Shown here piece after piece: positions 28,453 to 44,015 of a stretch of 64,000 nucleotides of DNA; position 1 is the stretch's first letter, and every line of letters begins with the position of its first letter. The notes under the pieces are model-generated. The model saw only the letters and a program-made list of their open reading frames with translations. It was not told the origin of the DNA and made no database searches. The position numbers were made by a program, and so were the translations under genes. The stretch is from the human T2T-CHM13v2.0 reference genome, Homo sapiens. The stretch is from NCBI RefSeq assembly GCF_009914755.1, contig NC_060928.1; one strand, 5' to 3'.

Positions 28453-29844
28453 CTCAAATTTGTAATTAAATGTGAATTTACAAAAGTTACGATAGACTGT
28501 AATGTAAATACTTAATATGGCTTCCTGCTCAGCATTTACTAAGTGCTAACTCTAAAAAATGTGAACAAAGTTAAGCCAAGTGTGTTTCTCAATGCTGCTT
28601 CATTATTTAAATGTCTGCCCATAGCTGTTAGAATATTTTTATTTGCACATTAAATGCGAGTAAAGGTGATAGTGGGACTCAGAGAAGCAACACAAATTTT
28701 GACAACAGACATGTAGACAGTGCTATCCCTTACTTAAAGCACCACCCACAAATGCAAACTGATTGACCCTTCCTTGTATTGAGTACTTTGAGTTGACGAA
28801 ATTCCTAACTAGTCACTTACAGAGTAAAAGTTTCAACGTACATGAAAACAAAATAATAAAATGAAAAAGGGATTATTTAATACTACTAGTGAACAATTTT
28901 ACAATGATATATTAAAACGGGTCTTTGATTATTCAAATCTGGAAATTATTAACAGTTTTATTTATTTAAAAAATAAATATGAAAAAATAAATATTCATAT
29001 TTTATATAGTGTGTCTCTTTTATAGATGATGGCCTGGAGAAAAATATTTCTTGATGACATTGGACGAAAATGTGGGGTCTCTGATTTCCCATATCATTCA
29101 GTAGAGGATTTTTCTCTTGCTCCAAACCCTGCAAAAACAATGATTAGTCTGCCACCAATTGAACACTTCCTTCCACATGTCAGCAAGTTTGGAATAAATT
29201 TCTATAATAATTTTTTATATTAAAAATATGAAAAGCTGCATGCTCTTGGAGATAATGTGTGCAAGGAAGAGACCATTTAAACGAAGGTGTTGTTTCCAGT
29301 TACAGATCTACTAATGTATAATAATAAAAACTAAAATTATTCTAAAATCATCAACATTTTAACACTATTAGTACCAAACCAACAATTAAAGAAATACATA
29401 AATATTTGAAAAATACTTAATCTAGTACTACTAATTTATTTATATCATATACTAGGGGATCTCAACCTGTTTTGGGCAAAAGATTTACCAAGACTACTTG
29501 TTTAGAATGAAGATTACTAGACTGACCCATGACTTCTTTGTTAGTGTGTGTGAAGTGACACTTTTTGGCAAGTGCCACAGAAGATGACGGTGCTGGTGAC
29601 CCACAGTTCACACTTCAGCAAACACTGCCACCCTCCATTGCAACCATTACGGTAGAGAAAAACTGTCTTGGATAAGTGATCAAATCATGTTAAGATAAAT
29701 ATTCTTGAAGATTTGGTATTTGTTTCAGGACAAATACTGTTGCATGTTAAGTACTTCACTATAGAGATGACGGAAATGAGAATAACATGTAAGTGAACAT
29801 CAAGGATTAGGTATTGGTTTCAATAGAAGAAAATTAGCATCTAT

Positions 29845-32100
<2,256 letters not shown>

Positions 32101-34049
32101 GAGATTTAAAGGATAACCAATTCATTCACATTCTGCAAAGATAGAAGGAGCTTATAACTAATTATTTCAAAATTTTTTGCAAGATTATATTCTACACACA
32201 TGAGACTTAATCATTTTCCAAGTTAAATCACTAATTTGTATAGGCTATAATAAGTCTGCATAATACAACCTAAATATTATTCTGTAAGGTAAATACTTTA
32301 TATGATATTTTAGTTGAGTGAAATTTCAAAATATGATCTTTTTCTTTGAATTATCTTTTATCATTCTTAAATGAATTACTGTGGGATTTAAAAAGCTGCC
32401 TCGTATCTTGCTAGCTTATCATATAGGCACACATCAGATACTCTTACAAAAATTGTATAGTGTGTTCTCCAGAAGCTAGTTAAATATAGCCACTGTGGAA
32501 TAAGCAGTCTGTTTCAAGGTCTCTAAGACTCTTAATGGGTGAATAGCATTGCTAAGGTACATAATAGTTATTCCCAGAGGCAGAGCTACTTTTAGCTACT
32601 CAGTAAAAGTTATAAATTCAGGTCACATACATTCGTACAAAAAAAAAATTAGCAAGTGTTTCTTTTCTTGCCTTCCCCTATTGAGGTAGTAATTTTTCCT
32701 TTTTAGTAAATTTGTATTTTTAAAGAGAATAATTTCTAACTGTTAATTCAACACAACAACGAATCAAATTTTATAGTATTTCCAAGTCGACACAATGAAG
32801 GCAGATGGAAAGTACGCTCATGAACCAGAGAATTAAAAATTGTACTCTTTATATTTTTGGAAATTTAACTCCATTAAGTTACAATCACTTCGAATGATGT
32901 TTTACCTATTTACAATGTATTTTAAATCAGGAAAGGCAAAGTTCTGGAATATAAATAATTTTTAAAGTCCTGTGTACTGTATACTCGTTTTGAATATAAA
33001 CTTTATTTCTTTTAAGTGAAAGACTGTCCAAATGCAAAGGCGTACCTGCCTCCACAATTTTCTATCATGTTGACACAACTTGGGCCAATTTACATTGTTT
33101 TTTTTCCAGACAGGAATATCCAGGGAATTTCAAAGAGTTCCTCAAAATAGTTCTGCACAAAAGACCTGCACACAGTAGAAGTCTAGGAAACACATAAGAG
33201 TAAAATGCAAACAAGGTGGAACTTCAGCATTTACAAAGTTCAGATTTATTTATTTCGATATTTTAAGGCTATTTGTTCCATATGAATTTTCTTGTTCTTT
33301 GATACTGAATGGAGATGGAGATCTCTATAAGGTTGTATACTAGAAATTAATCTAAGAGATTTTACCAGATGTGGAGAACATGAGAATATGCTTCTTATAC
33401 CTCTGATGGCAGGTAAGTTTCTTGATCAAGGGCCCCATCCTCTGCTCTCTCTGTTGGCACTGAGAGCTGAGTCTGTTTCCTGTAGGCTGTCACCTGCCAA
33501 TGCTTCACTCCCAGACCATCGTCTTTAATTCCCACCTCTCTCCCTTCACTAATCCTATACCTTCAATTATTCCACATTCAATGTGACATTAAAAACAACT
33601 GACCTTCTCATGTTTTTAAAAACTCTCCATCACCCTCCCTATGTCATTTTTTTCTTTTCTTATTCAGTGGAAATTCTGTGGTTCTTTATTTAAATAATTT
33701 TATTTGCACCCTCGGCTTTCTGTACTCCTTGGCAACTAGTTATGTCTACCTTATGGGATTTGTCAAAATGAAGAACAATCAAGAAATATGTAGGTATTAC
33801 ATTTATAAATTTACATAAAATAATATAAATTTCTGTCTATTAACCTATCTGTATTCACAAAAATTATCTTTATGTTTTGCCCTTAACACTTTGAAATAAT
33901 AATAAAAATATAACAGAGATTATTCTTCCAATAGGAAGCTTGAAATTGATTTTTGTGTGGGCATGGATCACAGGCCTATTCATAAATTATGTTTATGAAA
34001 TGAAGGATAAAAGATGAACATTTGTAATCTAGTTAGTATAAATAAGAAA

Positions 34050-34450
34050 TGACTATCAGAAAGCTGATCACTGGAGAAAAAATTTATAAGTACAAAATGT
34101 AAGCAAAATTTAAGAAACAAGCAGAAGATAAGGAACATGTTTAGTAAGACAATTTCATCAGAGAAAGAAGATGAAAGCAATTAGCACAAAATGGAAAAGA
34201 GAACTAAAAAGGGAACAGTTTCAACAAGGAAAGGGCATTTGATAGAGATAAAATGATGCAAGTAAGTATAAAAGGATGAGAACATACAAAGTTTAATTTT
34301 GCAAAATGTCTTTGATGATGAGAGAATTTTCTATAAAAAGTAACTTTGGCTAAAATTGCATTGATTGGTAGAAATCACAAAAAGAATAGAAGAAAGCATC
34401 ACAAATGTAGACTATTTAAAAATATATTTGTGGATAGTGAGGAGCTAAAT
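34050..34450 (-). mobile_element. L2 fragment
   Basis: Diverged purine-rich match to reverse L2 ('aaatgtagactatttaaaaatatatttgtgg'). Confidence 0.45.
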
Positions 34451-35959
34451 CACATTTATGGGGGATAAAGAAGGATGCAGGATATTTTCTGATAGATAGC
34501 GGGATGCTGGCTCAATATGACTGAGTAGGAAATTCAGGGTAGAGCAAGGGGCTTAAGTGTTAATGGCTTTCACTTTGCTTAATTCCTTGGAAACCACATG
34601 ATGATCTCAGTTATTTGATGTTGCTAGGAATTGTACTTGTAGACAGCAAGTATTTGTTTATTCATAGACAATCCTCCCTGAATCCAAGGCTTTTCCACAT
34701 TGCCATTGTTAAAGATTTTCCTTCTCCTGGGAAGATGCATGGGGGATAGGCTATCAGAGTCTTTCTCAGTCTTATCACTACAAGATTTTTACCATATTGT
34801 CACAAGAGATGATTTATATAAATCACCACAACGGAACAAAGTAGAAGTGCATAATGTACTTAAACAACTTTATGTTTTATTCTCTCTGGGAGGGGAAAAT
34901 ATACATACTTCGTTATTCATAAGGCTCAGCTGGGGAAACGACAAAGTAATGATTTGTGTCCTAAATGAGAAAAAATTCATTCAAATATAGTTTTCGATCA
35001 TCTTGCATATAAAGGACAGTGTCATATTTTCTCACTTTGATCTTTTAAATCCCATGCATATAGAGTGACAGTAAGCAAAATCTATTCTTTCTTCCTTCCC
35101 CAATCCAGGATGTGGGAAAGGGTTTTTCATTCACTACTGAGATTTTTCAAATTAAAACAAACAAATAAAAACAAACTGTAGGTAATATTTGACTAATTTT
35201 TAATATTGTATTTAGTAGAAAATCAAAGAGGCTTGTCAAAATCTAGAGAAAACTCCTCTGACTGATACCTGTTTCATTATGTTATGGATATCCACATCAT
35301 ACTTTATATAATGCCAAGTTAATTTGATAAGGCTTTGCCAACAGAAAGGAATCACCTTGATCCTTTGACAAAGTTTCTAAAAGTGACATCTAATATATGT
35401 CATGGTAACCAAAAGGAATTTGAACGCCCTTCAAAGTGACCTAATGGCATAAAGGTCAATACCACCTTAGAAAAGTCTCCAATTTATGCCTTCTTTCTTT
35501 CTTGCTCCTATTGATTTAGAAAATATAAAAACAAAGTACTATTGCATCTTTTTAAAATACTTATTTTGCATTAACATTCACTGAACTTAGTTGATATTGC
35601 TGCAAATCTTTGCATTCTGGGCAACTGCTACTGATAACTGTTATTACCTACCCAAAACACCATGGGGCATATGAAATTTTAAAGTCTTCCAGGATATTTG
35701 TATGTGTTGCACTACTATCTTAAATGAGCTTTGTTTTTGGTTTGCCTTGGGTTCATTATTCTGGTGTTAGTATATCAATGACAAATCTGAGACTGTAAGA
35801 CAAAGAAATAATGAATATAATTAAACGGCATATTCTTTTCTTTTTTAGAATGTCAGTTGATGTCAGTAAGGATTCGTTTTCAGAGTTCCCACGTGCCTCA
35901 GTCCAGCTTATCAAGGTTATGCCCTCTTTCTATACTTACTGTGACTGAAGCTAACTACT

Positions 35960-36640
35960 TCAGTCAATTAACCATCAATTGTATTGACCACCTCCTAGGT
36001 ACCACTCTTTTGATCATTGTGCATACAATGGTAGACAAAATAGGAAGAGTTCCTTCTTGATGGAGTTTAAATTATATTGAAGTATGAAAAAAAATAAATA
36101 AATGAAAAAAGAAACAATAATTTTGTTGGATTCAGATTTTACCCTAACTAAATTCAGGAGGATTTAATTTTGAGATCCTTAACCAATTGCATATGCAAAG
36201 AAAGACGCTATTTCCAAATAAGGTCACATTCTGAGTGTCTAGATGGACATGAAATTTTGGAGGATACTATTCAACCCACTGCAGGTGGTAGAAAAAAAAA
36301 CAAAAACAAAAACAAAACTAGGCAGAAGTAACTTAAACAACCCCAAGTAAAAAAATGTGACAGTGTCTGCCTCTACAATGTTGAAAGTGAGATAGTGATG
36401 AGATGTGATTGTCTTTAGGTATTTAGAGTTAATGGAACATGCTGAGTTAGTGGGAAAGTCAAAAGTGGATTGTATTTGAGGTCTACATTCTAGATAAATA
36501 GTGAAATGTACTGAGGTGGGAAAAACTAAAAGAAAAGTAGATTTTCAGAGAAATAAATTAACATTTATTCTTTGGATATATTAAGTTGTAATCTATATTT
36601 GATATCCAAGTTGAAATATTAAGTTCAGAGTTAAATATTG
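35960..36640 (-). mobile_element. L2 fragments interrupted by an MLT1 piece
   Basis: 'gtattgaccacctcctagg...tggagtttaaatt' and 'tttggatatattaagttg...atatccaagttgaaatatt'. Confidence 0.6.
36125..36283 (-). mobile_element. MLT1E/D-like LTR 5' fragment
   Basis: 'ctatttccaaataaggtcacattctgag...ggacatgaaattttggaggatactattcaacccactgca'. Confidence 0.8.
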
Positions 36641-36929
36641 GAAAGCCTATAGTCATATTTATTAGTAAATAAAAAAGAAATTAAAATTTCAGCAATATAT
36701 TTCTTTCATTCATAGAGTCATGACTAAAGAGACTTTTATAATATAGTTACAAAATTAGCATGCTATAATATTATATCATTTAGAACATACTAAATGTATA
36801 TTCATCTTCATTCCCATTTAACATATTTTTCTTCTGGCTATATCTGAAAGTCAAACGAGGTCCATATCTTCCAGAGCTATCAAGCCCACTATCAACAGAC
36901 GATTTAACTAGAAATAATTAAAACCAGGC

Positions 36930-37112
36930 AATCATCTGGCCTACTTTGTGTCTCCTACACCACTCATCAACTATGTGGCTTTGAGGAAGTCACTTAAATT
37001 GAAGCATCCCTTCTCTCATATTAAAACTGGGTTAATAACACCTACTTCTCAGGAAAAATTATGTATAAAATCACCAGTACATCGTATATATTTATGAATG
37101 TCTGCTCCTGTT
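36930..37112 (+). mobile_element. MIR fragment
   Basis: 'ctatgtggctttgaggaagtcacttaa...taaaactgggttaataacacctacttctcagg'. Confidence 0.65.
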
Positions 37113-37811
37113 ATATCTAACATCTTTTAAAAATAATTACGTAATCTTTCCTCATAATATACATTTAAAATAAACAATATTAAATAAAATTTCTACTTTG
37201 CAGAGAAAAAAGATGAAAGTAACATATCAAAAAGGATGAGGAAGTGTTAAACTGTTTTCAGTTGAAAGAGCTAAACCTAGGAGAAGCTAAAGTTTTTTTT
37301 TTCAGTTTAATAGTGTTGTTTATATGGAGACAAAAAGTGCTATAATTTAAATCTTTAGCATGCTATTCTGTATTAGAGTACTAATGTTGTGGCTTGTCAA
37401 TTTAGCATTTTTATTTCATGGATTCCTTGAATAATTAATAAGTGAGAACATTGAGGCTATGCAGACATTTTATTAACACACATCCTAATAGCATCTCACT
37501 ATTCTATTTGCCAAACAACATCTTTACGTGTCTGCTTCATCTCAGTGCTCACCATCTTTGGGGAGCTTTCTACAGTTATGCTCACTCACCATCTCAGCCA
37601 CTAGAGACATAAATCTCCAGCTTAATTTAATAACCTTAGGACATATATGCCTCTTTCACAAAATAAAACAAAATATGTTTACTAGAGAAAAAGAAATGAA
37701 AATAAGTAAACTCACAAACAATAAAAAATGTCATTAGAGAGAAGATAGTCAAATTTTATTTTTGATTAGCCCAGAACATATAGAAAGGAAGCAAGCAAAA
37801 GGAAATTGGGG

Positions 37812-38040
37812 AAGTGACATTTATTGAGCAACCACTAAATGCCAAACATTTTATAGGGGGCATTTCATTATGTCATTGCAACACAGCAGTAAGGGTATCA
37901 TTTTCCTCATTTTGAAGATGTCAAACCCAAGTTTTCGTAAGATTAAAGTAGATCAAGGTGCTAAGCTTTTCGTAGGAATGCTGAGCGTCCAACCCAAAAC
38001 TATCTGACCTTGGCGAATCTGAAGTACAATTTATTTCACT
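37812..38040 (-). mobile_element. MIR fragment
   Basis: 'gacatttattgagcaaccactaaatgccaaac...cctcattttgaagatg'. Confidence 0.65.
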
Positions 38041-39429
38041 AAATTGCAACGTAAAGGAGAAATAATATGACATTAATATGGGACTTACAGATAGTATGTA
38101 CTCCCCAACTATTATTGCTTTATTGTGGGAAAAAACATGAATACGTGGTCAGAGAAAATAGATGTTAGCAACACATTACTGAAAACAAATTATTGATCAG
38201 ATTTTAATGGATCTAATGTTCATACTTGTGTTTTTCTACAGGAACTTTTGTATCACTTAGAAAACCACTCCTCTACTCATCACCATTTTATAATTATTTT
38301 TGTCGTATTTCCTATTTTATATTATTGGATAGAATTTATGACCTTGTTATAAGTTTTTATAACTACAAACTTAGAGATAATTTAAGTATATTAACATATT
38401 ACAGATTATACTATAATTATATTTCACAATGTGAATTGTAGCTAACATAATTTTCTGTGAAAAACCTTTATAGTAATTTGAATTCCTATGCTTTTCAGGC
38501 AATAATATTCTCTGTAATAACAGTTACAATAATTTCTGTGAGTATAATTTTTTTTTATTTTAAAATATGCTTCATTCTGCTGATTTAAGTGGTCTAAGAA
38601 ATTATAACCTTGCAGTCAATAGATTAATACGAAGACAGGGATGGTCCAATAGACATTATTGCAATAAGTCTTTCATTACAGAACTTGGATCAGAATGTCT
38701 AAGGATTTGAATCGCCCCAGGGATCCAAGAGTTGTGATTGAAATTGGATCCACATCTATTCCAAACTATGTAATATTCCCAAGCATCCTCAAACCCTTCT
38801 TGAGGAAAAGAAAAATTTAAACAATATGAGAAAATCTGGCTTATCTATACAAGAAAACTGTTAGACTGATTTCAGCCTTCTCATCTACAACACTATATTC
38901 TGAAATTTAATTAAATAGTAGTTTTAAATCTGAAAAGAAAAGAAAAACATACTAAGCTTAAAAGTAAGAGAGGCTATGAGACATATTGGCTATTAAAACA
39001 TTTGGATATCTATATATATCCTATTGCAAAAATATTTAAATTATTTCAACAAAATGGAAAAAAGCAATTGAAGGAAGAGGACAATATAGGATATAAGAAA
39101 TTACTTTAGGTGATTATTACCAGATTAAGTAAAGAAAAATTAGCAAGATCTTGATTCTTGGTAAAGTCTCCTTTGAGCAATAATATTACTGCATTTGATT
39201 ACATCTTATAATATAGTAATAATCAAATTTAAATATTGTTTATTTATATTCAATGTGTAGAATCAAGCTATAGGAAAAAAATCACTGAATTATGGATAAC
39301 TAGCACGAAGTAAATATATTAAATTTAACAATGCAAAACAATACTATATGTAACAAACTACAAATTAGTGGGTATGAATTTTGGAAGGAAAAATAACTCC
39401 CTCGTATTTTGTATTCGACTATGTGTAAA

Positions 39430-39945
39430 ACAAGGTTATCTTACAGCTGAACTGAGATAGCTCCATAACTATCTGGAAATCGAGTATGACCCTTGGTCAA
39501 AATAAGGATGGGAGGTACTAATTTGGAATTTGCATTGTGCTGTTTAAAGCTGGAAACTGAAAGGCAATTAGGGCTAGCTGTCTATACTGTTTAAGGATGT
39601 ATTGACTGGTTTACAGCAAGCTTAAACAGTTATGTAACCTAGTTTTAGCTATGTAACCAATGGGATATGATAAATCCTGTGCAAAATTTTGCCCAGACTC
39701 ACTTGAAATAAAGATACTTCTCACTTTCAATAGTAGTTCATAATCTAAAGACAAAGACTATCCTGTGGAATATGGGAATATTCAAGGCAGGAATATGTGG
39801 GCAGGTCTACCGTTGAAAGTACTCAGAACTTCCTATGTGCTTTCTTCCCCTTGTTGTGCTACATCTTTTACTTTCATAGAATTACATGCAAGCATAACCT
39901 GTGAGTCATGAATTCTTGCAATTTTGTAATTGATGTCATTGGCAA
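39430..39945 (+). mobile_element. Possible ancient ERVL-type LTR (MER21/MER68/MER77-like)
   Basis: 3' part 'cttcctatgtgctttcttcccc...agcataacctgtgagtcatgaattcttgca' resembles these LTR ends; it lies directly upstream of gag-like sequence. Confidence 0.4.
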
Positions 39946-40136
39946 TGTAAGTAGAAAAATTGAAACAAATCTTAAATCTATAATTTAAATTATAATTTAG
40001 ACTTGATTTGGGAGAGAGCAGGATGAGGAAGGGGGAACCATTTTTTGTCAGGATGGGTTCCTGGCCATCTCTGGTGTGAGATTGCTCAAGAGCTTTGACT
40101 ACTGCTGACAGGAAAAGCTTAATAATAGGACACAGA

Positions 40137-40425
40137 GGCCAAGCGTGGTGGTTCATGCCTGTGATCCCAGCACTTTGGGATGCCAAAGAGGGCTGATCAC
40201 TTGAAACCAAGAGTTTGAGTACAACCTGGCCCACATGGCAAAATCCCATCTCTACCAAAAAATACAAAAATTAGCCAGCTGTGGTGGGGTGGGCCTATAA
40301 TCCCAGCTACTCAGGAGACTGAGTCATGAGAATCTCTGGAACCTGGGAGGCGGAGATTGCAGTGAGCAGAGATCTCTTCGCTGCACTCCAGGCTGTGGAT
40401 AGAACAAGACTCTGTCTCAAGAGAA
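40137..40425 (+). mobile_element. Old Alu (AluJb/Sz-like) inserted in the ERVL relic
   Basis: Diverged full dimer with decayed CpGs. Confidence 0.93.
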
Positions 40426-40566
40426 AAAGAAAAAAAAAGAAAAGAAGAGAAGAGGAGAGGAGAAGAGAGGAGAGGAGGGGAGGGAAGGGGAGGGGGGGAG
40501 GGGAGGGGAGGGGAGAGGAGAGGAGAGGAGAGGAGAAAAAAGAAAAGAGAAAAGACAAGACAAGAC
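40419..40566. repeat. GA-rich polypurine tract (expanded Alu tail)
   Basis: (AAAAG), (GAGAG), (GGGGA) and (AAGAC) units; almost no pyrimidines over about 135 bp. Confidence 0.92.
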
Positions 40567-42531
40567 ATACAGTTGGTAGATGCATGGAAGAAATTACTAA
40601 AGGATTACAAAAGAAATTTGAACAAGGGCAAGTCAGTCAACAATGTGATACTTTGGCAGCTTTTACCCACTTTGGTGATTAGAAAAAAAAGAAGTAGCCG
40701 AAGGCGTCCAGATTGCAATCACAGTCAGTGACCCATCTGTACATGCAGGGGTATAACATCATATGGGAGTTGGGCAGATACCTGTTTTGGTTGAAATGAT
40801 GTCCCCATCTTATCACTAATCATAGAAAAATAATACATGTCTCAAGGAGAGGAAGTCAAGAGACTCCTTAAATAGAAAGCAAAAGCAAAAAGATATTCAG
40901 TTAAGAGATAACTCCATTTATAAACTGGTGTTGACAACATGGCTAGCCACAATTAAAGTTGATTTTATTGACAAATAAACAAGTAGCTATTATTCCTGCT
41001 TTAGATACTTCCAAATGGAAGGCCATGTTTGGTCTTACTGAAGATCTTCATATAACAGCATCTTCTGCAGAAATGTGAACAGATGCATCAATTCCCAATA
41101 TGGACACAAGACAATTGTTCTACTCTGCCTTCAGACATTAAATGGAATATTAAGGCTGCTAAAATGTTGAAAATGCAACAACTGTGGTTTGTTTACATAA
41201 TGATACTCAAGTTTCTACAAACTCTGTGCCCTTGATCCAAGTAATGATTGATGTGATAAATGGTGTTCCAATTCCTCAGGCTCATTTTGTGACTTTATTA
41301 TTTGAGAGGAGGTAAGATAATGTGAGAAAGTTTGTCATGAATCTCTTCACCAAGAAACCTTAATGAAATTGCATGATTGTAAAAAGATTAGAATTTCTGA
41401 GAAAAAAAAGGAAACAATAAAAAGGGAAAAACAGAAAAAAAAACTAACAAAACCTCAGGGCAATTAAAACGGTAGCAAGAAGTACTTAAATAATTAGTTA
41501 AAAATAGCTTGAGAAATATGGAGTAAGTAGTTCTCAATATCTTAATGGATTATTATAAGAAATTAGGTAGTATAGCTACCATGAAACTCCTCATCCTATA
41601 CGAGGATAAAAACAGCGTCACTCAACTTATTCTAGCCTTGATGAATTAAGAAAATGTTAATGATTACATAACTGATGAATTTTCAAGTCCCTCAGAATCA
41701 GTGCTGATTACCATAGTGTGAAGTAACGTAGACGATTATGACTACAAATGTCACGCGTGTCATGGTCTCTTGGCACAACTCCTGGCAGGAGAAATAAGAC
41801 TGTTTGCTTTGATATGGGTAAACAGCTTGGCGGTGCTGAAAAACTTATATTTGGTTTACTGGACACTGATGCACCATGTATTGTCATATCTAAATCTACT
41901 CATGAAAAATGTATTGGCAATATAGCTAAGCTAGGGTAAATGGTGTGCAATTCTGCAAGCATTTTGAGTGAGGACTTTATGAACAAAATATATGAATGCT
42001 ATTTATTTTTATCAACCCTACTAGAATGTATTATTTAAATAAAATTAGAATATAAAAATAATTAACCCTCATTGACATGCAAGAATGCCTAATCGATTTT
42101 TAGATAGGTAAAGTGATGTTGGTTCATATTTTTTTTATGGGAAAAGAGAAGCATTTTTATGTGTGAGTTCTTTTTCTGTAACGCAAGTCAAATAACAATG
42201 ACCAGTGAACATCCATTTTCAAAATATTATTTTCCTAGGGTTAATTTCTTTTAAAAAGTTTTTTACTTATTTTGTTAAAATATCAACATTTCTTTGAAGG
42301 AATTAATTTTGTAATTATTTTTATTTGAAAATATCTGCTAGGTAGCATAATATTGATAAAGTTTCTAACATGGAAAATGTCAGAAATTTTGGAGCATTCT
42401 ATTTTTTTTTTGTAAAATAAAATTATGACTCCATTTTAAAATTGAAAACTTTTAATATTTGGCAACTTTATCACCTCTCAGCCACACTAAAGTACAAGAA
42501 ATTTTATTATCGCCTTTTATCTCTTTTTCAC

Positions 42532-43702
42532 TAATAAAAGTTAACATAAGTTGAGAGCTTGCTACATACACTGTTCAAAGTACTACGCGCATATAAACTC
42601 AATTAATCCTAACATCAGAACTTGAAATAAATACTGTGTGGGGAAAAGAAAGAGAGATCAGATTGTTACTGTGTCTATGTAGAAAAGGAAGACATAAGAA
42701 ACTCCATTTTGATCTGTACAGAGAAAAATTGTTTCTGCTTTGAGATGCTATTAATCTGTAACTTTAGCCCCAACCCTGTGCTCACAGAAACATGTGCTGC
42801 ATTGAATCAAGGTTTAAGGCACTTAGGGCTGTGCAGAATGTGCCTTGTTAACAATATGTTTACAGGCAGTATGCTTGGTAAAAGTCATCGCCATTCCCCA
42901 TTCTCTATGAACCAGGGGCACGATGCCGCAGGGACCTCTGCCCAAGAAAGCCTGCATATTGTCCGAGGTTCCCCCCTACTGAGACAGCCTGAGATATGGC
43001 CTCGTGGGAAGGGAAAGACCGTCCCCCAGCCTGACACCTGTAAAGGGTCTGTGCTGAGGAGGATTCGTAAAAGAGGAAGGCCTCTTTGCGGTTAAGAGGA
43101 AGGCTTCTGTTTCCCGCATGTCCCTGGGAACGGAATGTCTCGGTGTAAAGCCGACTATTCGTTCTATTTTGAGACAGGAGAAAACCGCCCTGTGGCTGGA
43201 GGCGAGATATGGTGGCAGCAATACTGCTCTGTTACTTTTTGCTACACTGAGATATTTGGGTAAAGAGAAACATAAATCTAGCCTACGTGCACATCCGGGC
43301 ACAGTACCTTCCCTTGAACTTATTTATGACGCAGATTCCATTACTCACACGTTTTGCTGCTGACCTTCTCCCCACCATCACCCTGTTCACCCTGTTCTCC
43401 TGCCGCACTCCCCCTGCCGAGATAGTGAAAATAGTAATCAATACATACTGAGGGAACTCGGAGACCGGCGCCGGTGCAGGTCCTCACATGCTGAGTGTGC
43501 CGGTCCCCTGGGCCCACCGTTCTTTCTCTATACTTTGTCTCTGTGTCTTATTTCTTTTCTCATTTTCTCAGTTTCTTGTCCCACCTGACGAGAAATACCC
43601 GCAGCTGTGGAGGGGCAGGCCCCCTTCAGTACTGTAATCAACATCCTTACTTTGGAGATTAGGAAGCTGACACACATATATGTATATTAACTTTCCCAAC
43701 AC
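42532..43702 (-). mobile_element. MIR split by the LTR5 insertion
   Basis: '...aattaatcctaacatc...aaatactg' on the left continues as 'taatcaacatccttactttggagattaggaagctga...aactttcccaa' on the right of the LTR. Confidence 0.7.
42637..43628 (+). mobile_element. HERV-K(HML-2) solo LTR, LTR5A-like
   Basis: Begins TGTGGGGAAAAGAAAGAGAGATCAGATTGTTACTGTG and ends GGGGCAGGCCCCCTTCA; 992 bp; 6-bp TSD atactg / gtactg. Confidence 0.95.
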
Positions 43703-43705
43703 GGA

Positions 43706-44015
43706 TTTTTTTTTTTTTTTTTTTTTTTTTTTGAGATTGGGTCTTGCTCTGCTGGCAAGGGTGGAGTGCAGTGGGTGCAATCACGGCTCACTGTAGCCTT
43801 AACATCTTGGGCTCAAGTGATCCTCCCACCTCAACCTCCAGAGTAGCTGGGACCACAGGTGTGTGCCATCATGCCTGGCTAATTATTTTATTTTTTGTAG
43901 AGGTGGGGTCTCATTGTGTTGCCCAGGCTAGTCTCACACCACTGAGCTCAAGCAATCTTCCTGCCTGTGACTCCTGAAGTACTAGGATTATAGGCATGAG
44001 CCATCGCGCCTGGCC
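43706..44015 (-). mobile_element. AluJ
   Basis: Poly-T followed by AluJ diagnostics ('ggctcaagtgatcctcccacc', 'gttgcccaggct'). Confidence 0.93.

Larger units (their letters stand above)
39990..42050 (+). pseudogene. Decayed class III (ERVL-like) endogenous retrovirus internal region, gag plus protease
   Basis: Conceptual peptides 'GWVPGHLWCEIAQEL' (about 40050), 'VPLIQVMIDVINGVPIPQAHFVTLL' (about 41226), protease 'FGLLDTDAPCIVI' (D at 41862) and, in the same frame, 'STLLECII' (42012-42035); compare HERV-L 'GLLDTGS...SPVPECIIGID'. Confidence 0.7.

Noticed and set aside
29026-29223. 65-aa ORF starting right after an acceptor-like 'ctcttttatag'
   Set aside because: No recognisable protein motif, no canonical GT donor, and no neighbouring exons; within chance expectation.
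40307-40682. R/E/G-rich and P/S/L-rich ORFs
   Set aside because: They arise from the stop-free GA tract of an Alu tail.
42709-43363. ORFs of 81-128 aa inside LTR5
   Set aside because: They are incidental frames in LTR sequence; no HML-2 gag, pol or env is present.
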